A DNA stretch of 64,000 nt from contig JAANOX010000153.1 in assembly GCA_020184695.1 (NCBI GenBank), forward strand, positions 310,001 through 374,000, given 5' to 3'. The notes beneath the pieces are model-generated. The model saw only the letters and a program-made list of their open reading frames with translations. It was not told the DNA's origin and did no database searches. This stretch comes from Histomonas meleagridis 2922-C6/04-290x (lineage: Eukaryota > Protista > Parabasalia). Positions 20,965 through 31,121 of this stretch are shown here, piece after piece. The number at the start of each line of letters is the position of its first letter. Position 1 is the first letter of the stretch. A program made the translations under genes and the position numbers.

Positions 20965-22173
20965 ATGGAACTTGAATTCGTGGCGGCTTTTGGGGATCAT
21001 GTTCCCCTCTCACAATTCAAACCAGACGACACCATCTCAACATTAGCTTTTAGTCATGATGGCCGATTTCTAGCATCAGGTGATCAAGCAGGGAGAGTTG
21101 TTATATTTAATCTAAATTATACAAATAAAAATCGACCAACAGTTACATTTGTCACTCAAGTTCATGCACATAAATCGCAATTTGATTTCTTTCGTACTGA
21201 AATCAGTGAAATGAAAGTAAATTCTTTAAAATGGGTTCCGCGCCAAACACTCAATCCACTTCTTCTTTCCTGCAATAGCCATGATGCAAAGCTTTGGCGT
21301 TTCAATTCTTCACCCCGTATTGTTTGGAATACTAATCCCAAAGATACTTACATCTTTCCTATTCCACAACGCAATGAAAACAAATATATTACCGAATGTG
21401 TCCGTACCTTTAGTGACATTCAAACCGAGTATATTGTTGACCTTCAAGCATTATCAGATCAACATTCATTTCTTATGGTTGATGTTTCATGCGTTAAATT
21501 ATGGGACATTGAACGAGATGTCAAATCTGTATGTCTTTGTAAGGTATCACATCAAGAACCCGAGATCACCACATCTGCCATTCCGTCAAATCAACCCAAC
21601 ATCTTTCTTATAGGCGACGACAATGGCTTCTGTAAGATGTATGATACCCGGCAGCAAGCTGAGAATCTATCTTCCAACTTTAACATTGATACTACCAAAT
21701 TCTCATTTCACCAACAATATTCAGAAGACTGCAGCTGCATTGGCAGTATATCATTTTCACACAACGGGGACAATTTTGTCATCCGTCGGTTCAATGATTT
21801 GCAAGTTTGGGATATGCGAAATACAAATTCGCCGATCGCTAAACTTGAAGTTCAATGGTTCCCCAATCATATGGAGTACTTAATCAGCGAATATTATGTT
21901 AAGGATCAGTTCCGTACGGCGTTTACCGCGAAGGATAAAATCGTAACCGGATTATACTCCGCGGATTACATCGCGTGGAATTGGAAAGAAAATAAAACAA
22001 CGAAACATAAGGCCGTAAGCGCAAGGACGCCGAGGCCGCCACCTGAGCCTGGCAGAGACTTTAGCAAAAGAGTAACAGTGTGCGAGGCACACCCGAAGAA
22101 CGAAATTGTGGCTGTTGTTTCAACTGCCGCACTTTTCTTCTTTTATGAACCGGAAGAAAGTAAACAGATATAA
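20965..22173 (+). CDS. PPP2R2: PP2A regulatory subunit B55/Cdc55-like WD40 protein
   Basis: DTISTLAFSHDGRFLASGDQAGRVVIF, HKSQFDFFRTEI..KVNSLKW, VKLW and LQVWD match the B55 family N-terminus and WD repeats. Confidence 0.72.
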   Translation: MELEFVAAFGDHVPLSQFKPDDTISTLAFSHDGRFLASGDQAGRVVIFNLNYTNKNRPTVTFVTQVHAHKSQFDFFRTEISEMKVNSLKWVPRQTLNPLLLSCNSHDAKLWRFNSSPRIVWNTNPKDTYIFPIPQRNENKYITECVRTFSDIQTEYIVDLQALSDQHSFLMVDVSCVKLWDIERDVKSVCLCKVSHQEPEITTSAIPSNQPNIFLIGDDNGFCKMYDTRQQAENLSSNFNIDTTKFSFHQQYSEDCSCIGSISFSHNGDNFVIRRFNDLQVWDMRNTNSPIAKLEVQWFPNHMEYLISEYYVKDQFRTAFTAKDKIVTGLYSADYIAWNWKENKTTKHKAVSARTPRPPPEPGRDFSKRVTVCEAHPKNEIVAVVSTAALFFFYEPEESKQI

Positions 22174-22754
22174 TTATTTAATTATTTAATGCGTTATGCA
22201 TTTGATGAACATGTGTAAATGTTTGTTGATAAAATATATTTTTATGAAATAAATGAAACAGGATATATTTATTCATAATTTGAATTCTATTGAGTTTATT
22301 GATAAAATATATATTTACTGTGAAATGAGTGAAATCAAAATATATTTTATTTAAATTTTGAACAAGAATGGGCTTTGCGATGTTTGCTTTGCTCCACAAA
22401 TTATAAGAAATTTTCGAAATAAACTCACTGAGACATAGAAATAAATTTATAAATAAGAGAAGAGAATAAGAGAAAAAAAATGGGAATGAGAAAATTAGTT
22501 AATGTGTTAATTAAGAAACGGATGATCATAATTAATTTAATATTTAATATTTATGATTTCGATATAAAAAATAATAAAATTCATTAAAAAAATGGGAGTA
22601 AAAATTATAATTTTCAAAAATAAAAGAAAAGATCACAAACATTGAATGAGCAGGTTGGTATTAGATACTTTCCCAAATGCATCAGCTTGCGAATTCTTCA
22701 TGCAAATTATATAAAATTATAATTATTTTTATTAACATTATTCTTATATAAATT

Positions 22755-23366
22755 TTATTTCTCTTCCTCTTTATCTTCTGCTTTATCTTCTTCCTCCTCT
22801 TCTTCTTGTGTCGTCGTTGTGCTTGAGCTTTCAGTGGTTTCTTCGGATGAAGTAGTGCTTGATGAGTAACTGGAATTCGAGGTGCTATTTGTGATACGAG
22901 AACTTAAAGTGGAAGATTCAACTGATGGTGATAGAACCTCTGTGCTATCGCGTGTGTCTTCAGATGATTCTTCATCAGAACTGGAACTAAATTGCATATT
23001 TTTAGGAAAATGAACTTTTGTAAAAGTTGGGCCAACAAAAGATGCATCGCTTTTGAAATCATCATCATCTTGATCTTCAAATTGTCGCAATCTATATATA
23101 TGGCTTCTACTGAGTGTTTTGATATTTTTATGGAAAGTATGAACCTTTGTAGAGTCTGGCTCAAAATAATTATTGACAATAAGATAACACGCTGTGGCAA
23201 TGCTTTTTGGAACATTAATATCAATGGGATTTTTGATTCCAAATGGTTGAAATGTGGATGATGGTTGAGACAATGAAGGTGCTAGTTCTTTATTATTGTT
23301 TTGCTTCAAAACTGTTTTTGTTTCTGGTGTTAACAATGGTGGCTTGTTATCACCTTCTTTGCTCAT
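22755..23366 (-). CDS. Hypothetical protein with acidic Ser/Thr/Glu-rich C-terminus
   Basis: 203-aa ATG ORF with coding-like composition. No family recognised. Confidence 0.65.
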   Translation of the reverse strand: MSKEGDNKPPLLTPETKTVLKQNNNKELAPSLSQPSSTFQPFGIKNPIDINVPKSIATACYLIVNNYFEPDSTKVHTFHKNIKTLSRSHIYRLRQFEDQDDDDFKSDASFVGPTFTKVHFPKNMQFSSSSDEESSEDTRDSTEVLSPSVESSTLSSRITNSTSNSSYSSSTTSSEETTESSSTTTTQEEEEEEDKAEDKEEEK

Positions 23367-23793
23367 TTGGTTCTCTTTGATTGTAAAAAAATTGAATGCA
23401 TTTTAATCGTATATTTTCAATACTCCACTTTTTCTTTATTATTTCATCGTTTAAACGGTTTTTTAACATCCAATTCTTCAAATGAACAATTGATAAAGCG
23501 GTTATTTATTCCACCTTTAGGTTTATCTTTTTTAACCTTATCAAATGGATATAATTTTTATTTGTTTCATTCAAAATAATAATTTTTTCGAAGAAACTAT
23601 GAAATTTATTAGTTATAAAATACCTAATGTTAACAAAGGATAATTTTAATATTTATTCTATATTTGGGAAATTATGCACATGCTCTAAAAAAATTGCCCA
23701 TTTCCTTACAGCGCAACAAGATGGAAGATTCTGTCCATAACCGTTTTTATGATCAAAAATTATTGAATTGATGTGGCTAAAAATTTCAAGCTT

Positions 23794-24438
23794 ATGGAAC
23801 AAAGCGGTCACCAATTAAGTTTTAAGTTTGTTTTGGTTGGAGACTCTGCAGTTGGAAAAACTGCGATTTGTAAACAATTTTGTGAAAAAGAATTTAATGA
23901 AAACCAGGCACAAACAATAGGACTTGATTTTGGAACGCGCGTTGTAGAGATACAAAACACCAAAATCCAACTACATATATGGGATACAGCTGGTCAAGAA
24001 CGTTTTCGTTCTGTTACACGTGCATATTTTCGATCATCTGCAGCAGTTTTTCTTGTTTATGATGTCACTAATCGTGAATCTTTTAACCGGATTAATACAT
24101 GGTTTGAGGACGCCACACAGTCATCACCTCCAACTGCTGTCAAAGTCCTTGTAGGAAATAAGACAGATCTTACAGAACAAAGAGCCGTTTCTTCATCTGA
24201 AGCGAAAAGTTTTGCTGAACAACACGGGCTTCAATTCTTTGAAACATCGGCGCTATCAGGCGACAGAATCGATGATACATTTATTCAAACAGCACATCTT
24301 GTGTATTCAAAAGTCCTTGATGGTCAAATAGCACTTAACAACCCATCGAGCGGAGCAAGGGCACCACTAAGCGCTCCTCCTGCAATTGTCGACCCAACAA
24401 ATACAAATAATAATAACCAACAGAATTCTTGCTGCTAA
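23794..24438 (+). CDS. Rab GTPase (Rab2/4/14-like)
   Basis: GDSAVGKT, TIGLDFG, WDTAGQERFRSVTRAY, GNKTDL, ETSAL, C-terminal CC. Confidence 0.92.
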   Translation: MEQSGHQLSFKFVLVGDSAVGKTAICKQFCEKEFNENQAQTIGLDFGTRVVEIQNTKIQLHIWDTAGQERFRSVTRAYFRSSAAVFLVYDVTNRESFNRINTWFEDATQSSPPTAVKVLVGNKTDLTEQRAVSSSEAKSFAEQHGLQFFETSALSGDRIDDTFIQTAHLVYSKVLDGQIALNNPSSGARAPLSAPPAIVDPTNTNNNNQQNSCC

Positions 24439-24558
24439 AAATAATTATCTATTATGTTTTGTTTCTTTAAGTCAGTAAAATTAGTTGTTCAATATATTGT
24501 TTTTGTTTCGTTAAGACAAGATGAAAGAAATTTTTGATTGGTTTCAGAATAATGCAAT

Positions 24559-24572
24559 AAAAAAACAAAAAA
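24559..24572 (-). terminator. Pol III oligo-T terminator of tRNA-Ala
   Basis: T6-G-T7 immediately 3' of the tRNA on the minus strand. Confidence 0.75.
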
Positions 24573-24573
24573 T

Positions 24574-24645
24574 TGGAAGTATGGGGGATTGAACCCCAGG
24601 CCTCCACTATGCTAAAGTGGCGCTCTCCCACTGAGCTATACTCCC
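24574..24645 (-). tRNA. tRNA-Ala (anticodon AGC)
   Basis: GGGAGTATAGCTCAGTGGGAGAGCGCCACTTTAGCATAGTGGAGGCCTGGGGTTCAATCCCCCATACTTCCA folds as a cloverleaf with a G3:U70 alanine identity pair, anticodon loop TT-AGC-AT and TTCAAT T-loop. Confidence 0.97.
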
Positions 24646-25145
24646 TTCCTGATTTCTCTATAGTTTATTATAAATAATTTTATTTATCAAAAAATGAATG
24701 TAAATGTATAAATATATGCATTGGGTGAACTTGAATTTGTGTAACTACCTTGTTGGCTTGATATCCTGGAAATGCATATTTATTTAATTTAGATTCATGA
24801 ATTGTTGATATTTTAAATTTAAAAATATGTTTAGTGATATCAGATAATTCTGATATTTCATAATAAATAATCACTAACAAAAGCTTCGTCAAATTTTAAA
24901 TTACATACTATATCAAATCAATAATTTTTAACAACATGTATTTAGTTAAATCTTTTTTAAAAAATATTAATATTGTTTTATAACCATCAACTGAAACCCT
25001 TTATAAAAAATATTGAAACATATTTTTCATTATATTTATGATAATTTCTACCTTTAAAAATTCACAAACAACATGAAGTAATGTATCGGCTTTTCAAATA
25101 ACATTTCCTTTTGATTTTGGGCATTGTTGATATCAGGTTGCGCCA

Positions 25146-26276
25146 ATGGAACTTAACATTGTCGAGCGTCGGTCTATTGGACTGACGTGCGCTCGTTTCC
25201 AATTTATGCTTAAGAGTCAGATTATTGCAATTTCAAAATTTATTCCAAATCTTCCAAACCCGGTGATAGAAAGCATATCCAAAATTCCTGCTTCAGACAC
25301 GGTTTCTATTATTGCAGCCATTTACAAAGAATCCGATCTCAGATTTACTTCAATTCGTTGTTTAGCATCTGGTTCAAACGAAGACCTAATTTATATTCAG
25401 GATGAAACCGGAAGGATACTCACCACTGGTATTCCTGCTGATAAATATGTGAGCGGGGTTATAATAGGTGTTACAGGTCAATTATTAATTTCCGAAAGTT
25501 TCATAGAATTCAATGTTTTCTCAATAACAGAGCCAAGTTACAGTAAAGCGTTATATCCAATTGTTAGACCAAAGTGTAAAATTGCAATTGTTTCTGATCT
25601 TCAATTGGACTCAAATGATTTCGATGTTGCTTCATCAAATTTATGTTTTTCCAATCTCGAAAAAGACATTTCGCTGTTTATAATTATTGGGAACACGTTT
25701 TCTCTTCCCGAAGACACGTTTTTTTTAAAACAAGAATGGGAACAAAATATCCAATTAACTGATACATCTCCAATTGAAATGTTGACTACGTTTTGTGAGA
25801 ATATTAACTGTAAAAAGTTAATAGTTCCAGGAAAAAATGACCCGACGTCTTTAATATGGCCGCAAAATCCAATCGATCCGATATTATTCCAAGAAATTGA
25901 TGATGTCGAATCTGTCTCAAACCCAACCAAATTCTCTATAAACAATATTTCTTTCGTTTGTTGTACTGGAGATGTTATTGAACAGATTCAAATGAACACA
26001 TCATTTTCATTTATTGAATCACAAGTCGCAATTTTAAGATGGGGTCTTATGTCGCCAAGTATTCCATTCCAGGTGCATTATTCATCTGGTGCTTCAAGTG
26101 ATATTGTCTTTTTTGATGAAATGCCAAATTTTTTTGTTTCTGGAAATGCTGACACTTTTGCGGTGACCGTTTACAATGGTTGTCATGTGGTTTCTGTTCC
26201 GAAGTATTTTAAGTACTATTCCATTGTTGTAATAGATTTAGAAAGCGGAGATATCTCTCTAAGAGGATTAAATTAA
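25146..26276 (+). CDS. POLD2: DNA polymerase B-subunit family protein, Pol delta small subunit-like
   Basis: An OB-like segment (IQDETGRI..VSGVIIGVTG) and an inactive phosphoesterase domain (IAIVSDL, IVPGKNDPTSLIWPQNPI, VSNP). Confidence 0.7.
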   Translation: MELNIVERRSIGLTCARFQFMLKSQIIAISKFIPNLPNPVIESISKIPASDTVSIIAAIYKESDLRFTSIRCLASGSNEDLIYIQDETGRILTTGIPADKYVSGVIIGVTGQLLISESFIEFNVFSITEPSYSKALYPIVRPKCKIAIVSDLQLDSNDFDVASSNLCFSNLEKDISLFIIIGNTFSLPEDTFFLKQEWEQNIQLTDTSPIEMLTTFCENINCKKLIVPGKNDPTSLIWPQNPIDPILFQEIDDVESVSNPTKFSINNISFVCCTGDVIEQIQMNTSFSFIESQVAILRWGLMSPSIPFQVHYSSGASSDIVFFDEMPNFFVSGNADTFAVTVYNGCHVVSVPKYFKYYSIVVIDLESGDISLRGLN

Positions 26277-26344
26277 TAAATTTTGTTTGTATTTTTCTAA
26301 AATTGTATCCGTTTGAATTGAGAAGGTTTGTTCGGCTATTTGAC

Positions 26345-26872
26345 ATGTCCGAAAACAAAGCAAAAGAAACGCCTCTCGGAATTCCAAAAGCAGAGTTCAT
26401 AGATGACATAGAGGCTGCAGCACCAACAATGGAAAAAGCGAATACCCTTTTCCAAGATAAACAAGAAATGTTAACAAAATACCGTATCCTTGAACAACAC
26501 TTAATCGAAAAAAGACAACAACTCAAGGCTAACAGACCAGACGTTGCTGGAAACCTTGATGCTGTTAAAAAGGTTGCATCACAAAATTACCAAAACGAAC
26601 CTGTAACACATTTTCAACTTGCTGACGGTCTTTATGGAACAGCTAAACTTAAGAATGATAAAACTGTTGCCCTTTGGCTTGGTGCTAATCTAATGGTAGA
26701 ATATCCATTTGATGAAGCTGAAGAACTTCTTTCAAAGAACTTAGAAAATCTCGACAATCAAATTGCTGAGGTTGAGAACAACTTGGTTTTCCTTCGTGAC
26801 CAAATCATAACAACAGAAGTTACTGTTTCAAGATTGACAAACCAGATCATTAACTTGCAAAGAAAGAAATAA
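26345..26872 (+). CDS. PFDN3: Prefoldin subunit 3 (VBP1)
   Basis: GIPKAEFIDD, FQLADGLYG, VALWLGANLMVEYPFDEAEELL, FLRDQIITTEV. Confidence 0.93.
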   Translation: MSENKAKETPLGIPKAEFIDDIEAAAPTMEKANTLFQDKQEMLTKYRILEQHLIEKRQQLKANRPDVAGNLDAVKKVASQNYQNEPVTHFQLADGLYGTAKLKNDKTVALWLGANLMVEYPFDEAEELLSKNLENLDNQIAEVENNLVFLRDQIITTEVTVSRLTNQIINLQRKK

Positions 26873-27090
26873 ACAAAGTCTTTTGGGAATTCTTTATTAA
26901 TCCAAATGTTTATGATTTTGGTTTTAAAAATCAGCTCTAATTTATGAAGAAGGCTATGATTTAAATTTAAATCATATTACTCCAAATAAAGAAATTGAAT
27001 TTCTAAAACGGTTCATCGTTTAACTGGTAGAACCGTCACCGATATTGTTTCAATTTTGAAATACAAAATCTTTGTCCCACAAAAAGTCAA

Positions 27091-29457
27091 ATGTTTCTGT
27101 TCCTCTTTGTAGCACATCTTTCTGCTTTTGATCCAACACTCGAGCCTGTTTTTAACAATTCATTTAACTTCCTGAATACAGGCATTCGCGGCGGAATTGC
27201 CGGAGAAGATATAAATATTGTTCCTGCTTGGAATAAGAATTTTACTGGTAAAGGTATACACATTGCACTATTTGATGCTGGTTGCCAATACAATCACTCT
27301 GATTTAATTGATAATTTTGTTCTAGAAAAAAGCTGGAATGCACTTACAAATGATACCGATCCTTTTCTTCAATCTAAAGATCCAACACATGGCACAGCTA
27401 CGGCAGGTCTTGCAGTTGGTGCAGCTAATGGTGTTGCTCATATTGGTTCTGCACCAGGTGCTAATTTTTCTTCTCTTACTGTAGATATTGATTGGGAAAC
27501 ATATGGCAGCATTGATCTTCCCACTCTTCTTGATATTTATCATCATACTGAGTATGATATTCTTTCATGTTCACTAGCTCTTGAAGGACTTTTACGTGAT
27601 GGCGTAATATATTATCATCAATATCGTAAAGTTGAAGAAATTGAAGACATGATCGAAGGTTTAAATCGATATCGTGATGGAAAAGGAGCCATTTTATTAC
27701 ATGCGGATGGAAATTCTGGAAGCGAAATTGCAGATGTTAATGTCGGAATTATTACCAAGTTACGACGTGTCTTTGCAATTGGTGGCTCTACAAATCGTGG
27801 TGAACCAATTTCATATTCACAAACAGGTGCAAACGTTTTAGTCAATGCTCCATCTGGTGGAACAGTATACTTAGGCGAAGGTCTTGATATGTATTTCCCC
27901 GAAATATATAGTGCTTTTAATGAGAACTTAACAGGTGTTGTTTGGTTTTCTGGAACTTCTGCATGTTCACCACAAGTTGCAGGTGTTATTGCCTTATGTC
28001 TTGAAGCAAATCCAAATTTAACATGGAGAGATGTAATGTATATCCTAATATTAACAGCACAAATTAATGATCCAAACAATGAACTTTGGCAACGTAATGC
28101 CGCTGGTTATTTATATCATCCAGTATTAGGTTTTGGACGTGTTGATGCTGATTTAGCATTAACAACAGCTCAAAATTGGGTTAATGTATCAGAAGAATTT
28201 GGCGTTGTATCTCTTAGTTCAATTCAAAAGAGAGTTAATCATGCATGTGAAAACTGGACTGAAATTGATATTACTGTGAATGATTCGATCGAATTTATTG
28301 AACATATTTATTTGGAATTTGAACTCAACACTTCGGAAGCTGCATTTCTACATATTCATTTGATTTCTCCTCAAGGAACAGAAAGAACTATACTTGAGCC
28401 AAGTCCAGTACTTGGTGATCATCATCCTGATGATTTAACATTCCAATTTGGAATTCGAAGTTTCTTTGGTGAATCTACCGAAGGTACATGGAAAATCAAA
28501 ATTAGATATGAAGCATATATCACAAATGTTCAAATTTCTCATGTTTCATTAATTTTCCATGGGCTAAAAGAAAAGCCTAATTTACCAAGTATAACAAGAA
28601 GACAAACAGCTACAAATGTAGCAATGCCTGATAATGGAAAGCCTACATATGACAACGAATCAATTACAGTCACAAATGCTATTTGTGGTGAAAAAATGAA
28701 AATCGAAGTCAACACTAATCGAGCAGCTGCTTTACCAGTTTTAATTGTTGATCCTTCAACTGGTTTAACAACTGATTTCACTTATTTACATGATGATAAA
28801 GTCATTGAAGTAGATACACCATGTGTATTTAAGGATGGCCTTGAACTTTATGTTTCTGCACGTGTTATTGGAGAAGAAACAGTGATTTCTACTCCTGTTG
28901 TGTTTAGTAATCCGAAAAACTTAGGAATTAATTCTCCTCAAAAATATGAGAAAATTAAATTCACTGATAGTGGAGAGAATCCAATATTAAAGTTAATGTG
29001 GGTAAGAAATGATGAAAAGCCTAAAAATGGTGGCTGCCAACAAATGGCCGCAATTTCTGTAGTCGATTTCGACACTGGTAATGTGATTGCTTCAAAAAGA
29101 GTCGTCGATTTGGGTAATGCAGAAATCGAATTACCAAAGGAATCACATCCAAGATGCGTTGTTACAATTGCTCCTGTAAAAGAATCAAATGTGGATCCCT
29201 GCGCTGTTTTGGTTCAGAAGTTTAGTCTATTGAATGAAAATGATGATGATAACGTAGGTAATTTCGATTTATGGTATCCAAATGATACAGAATGCTTCAA
29301 CAATAATGACGAAGATGATGATGGCAAAGATAATAAGACTGGTTTAATCATAGGCGTAACAATTGCATGCGTTGTTGTTGTGATTCTCATTATCGTTGGT
29401 GTGATATTCGGTATGAAGAAATGCAAGAAGGATTCTTCTTCAAGTTCTTCAAAGTAA
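27091..29457 (+). CDS. Kexin/furin-like subtilisin (S8B) serine protease with P domain and C-terminal TM
   Basis: Catalytic D (ALFDAG), H (HGTATAG), oxyanion N (GNSG) and S (SGTSACSPQVAG). Also NPNLTWRD, GFGRVDA, a P-domain LISPQGT..GTWKI, a signal peptide and a TM helix. Confidence 0.92.
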   Translation: MFLFLFVAHLSAFDPTLEPVFNNSFNFLNTGIRGGIAGEDINIVPAWNKNFTGKGIHIALFDAGCQYNHSDLIDNFVLEKSWNALTNDTDPFLQSKDPTHGTATAGLAVGAANGVAHIGSAPGANFSSLTVDIDWETYGSIDLPTLLDIYHHTEYDILSCSLALEGLLRDGVIYYHQYRKVEEIEDMIEGLNRYRDGKGAILLHADGNSGSEIADVNVGIITKLRRVFAIGGSTNRGEPISYSQTGANVLVNAPSGGTVYLGEGLDMYFPEIYSAFNENLTGVVWFSGTSACSPQVAGVIALCLEANPNLTWRDVMYILILTAQINDPNNELWQRNAAGYLYHPVLGFGRVDADLALTTAQNWVNVSEEFGVVSLSSIQKRVNHACENWTEIDITVNDSIEFIEHIYLEFELNTSEAAFLHIHLISPQGTERTILEPSPVLGDHHPDDLTFQFGIRSFFGESTEGTWKIKIRYEAYITNVQISHVSLIFHGLKEKPNLPSITRRQTATNVAMPDNGKPTYDNESITVTNAICGEKMKIEVNTNRAAALPVLIVDPSTGLTTDFTYLHDDKVIEVDTPCVFKDGLELYVSARVIGEETVISTPVVFSNPKNLGINSPQKYEKIKFTDSGENPILKLMWVRNDEKPKNGGCQQMAAISVVDFDTGNVIASKRVVDLGNAEIELPKESHPRCVVTIAPVKESNVDPCAVLVQKFSLLNENDDDNVGNFDLWYPNDTECFNNNDEDDDGKDNKTGLIIGVTIACVVVVILIIVGVIFGMKKCKKDSSSSSSK

Positions 29458-29798
29458 AATCCAATTGGATAATTAATTAACTTTTTCGATATTTTTTGGA
29501 ATTCAACAGATAATGCAAATTGTGTGAGAAAAATTTGAATTGATAATAATTGATTTCGGAACTCGTGATCATTTTACTAAAAAATTTGCCATTAATTTAA
29601 GGTCAATATTTTATGAATGAATTTAACACAGAAATTTATAAAAACTCATCTTGTGATATGGTTTTATATTATCTCAAGTAATGTTTCCTTTTGACTAAAC
29701 AAATAGAATACTTTACATTTTTTGACACATATATGACAACGATACAACTTTTTGATATAGTTAAAAACGGTTGAAATAGGAACTGGTTTAAGAATTAC

Positions 29799-30401
29799 CT
29801 ATTTACAGCATTTTTTCCCTGAGCCATTTGACTTCTTGATATCTATCTTTTTAGGTTCCTTCTTTTGATTTGCGTTTGGGTTGTCGTTGTTAGCTTCCTT
29901 CCGCTGAAGAACCATTCTTCCAATTTCCAAAAATGTTGATTCAATGTTTATATTTTCTTTGGCTGAGGTCTCGAAATATGGAACACCAAATTGTTTCGCC
30001 TTTTCTTCTGCTTCTTCACGCGTAATTTGTCGTTCCATGTCGCATTTATTTCCAACAAGTACAATATCAACAGGATCCGACATAGCTTCTGTAATTGATT
30101 CCATCCAAGTTTTTGTCTGCTCGAAAGAATCGCGGTTTGTTAAATCGAAAACAAGAAGAATTCCATTTGCACCTCTGTAGTAAGCTTTTGTGATAGTCCT
30201 AAACTTTTCTTGTCCGGCTGTATCCCAAATTTGAAGTTTTACTTTTGTTCCATTGATTTCGACATGACGAACCTTGAAATCAATACCGATTGTTGTAAGG
30301 AAGTTCTCATTAAACTTATCTTCTGCAAATCGGAGGAGAAGGCAGCTCTTTCCAACAGCACTTTCTCCAATAATTAGTAGTTTAATGAGGGTCTCGTCCA
30401 T
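29799..30401 (-). CDS. Rab8/Sec4-like GTPase
   Basis: GESAVGKS, FLTTIGIDFK, WDTAGQEKFRTITKAYYRGA, GNKCD, ETSAK, C-terminal CCK. Confidence 0.92.
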   Translation of the reverse strand: MDETLIKLLIIGESAVGKSCLLLRFAEDKFNENFLTTIGIDFKVRHVEINGTKVKLQIWDTAGQEKFRTITKAYYRGANGILLVFDLTNRDSFEQTKTWMESITEAMSDPVDIVLVGNKCDMERQITREEAEEKAKQFGVPYFETSAKENINIESTFLEIGRMVLQRKEANNDNPNANQKKEPKKIDIKKSNGSGKKCCK

Positions 30402-31121
30402 TTTCTTTTGATAAGATCTGACAAAACCGTTTGACAATTGAAAATTTTCAATGGAAAAATAATCATGAATAATTTGGGCAAGGATTAATTGTGTTTTTCT
30501 TCTTTGCCAAATTTCTCAATTTCCACATTATTGAGACTAAAAAAGAGATGTCATCGCTGGTTATTAATAGTCAATATATTAAATGTTAAATAAACAAGAT
30601 TCTAATATAAAAAAAAATAAATTATTACCTATTCGTTTGAAGCTTCAAAACAGTTTCGATGTAATTTTCTTTTTAATATTATATATGTTTTAAAAAGTTT
30701 TTATTCTTATTTATATTACGCACTTTGGTTGCTTAAATTTGATGTGATATCATTTTTATTAGAAGGTATTAATGTTTTAAGTTTGGTTTTTTCCTAAAAA
30801 ATTTTTTTCGCTTTATTCAATTTTGAATGATCATTCTAAAGTTTTTCTATGAATTCCACTTTCTGTCTGTCAAATATGGTGCTTCCTTTAGAATAAAAAT
30901 ATATTTTAATAAAAGAACTTTGCTTCATTACGTTTTCAAAACCATACACAAAAAAATATTCATATAATCAATATATACATCATTTTAAATTCAGAATTTT
31001 TTTTCAAAACATTACTCCAAAATTTGTTTTTTGTTGTGGCACCAAAACCTGTTGTGGAGTGATGGGATAAACCCCTTCCCGCTTGTAGAGTTATGGTTGA
31101 CACTGTTCTGTTTCAGTAAGA

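Noticed and set aside
31020-31115. GC-richer stretch upstream of the TPR gene as a possible snoRNA
   Set aside because: No paired C/D or H/ACA boxes could be identified.
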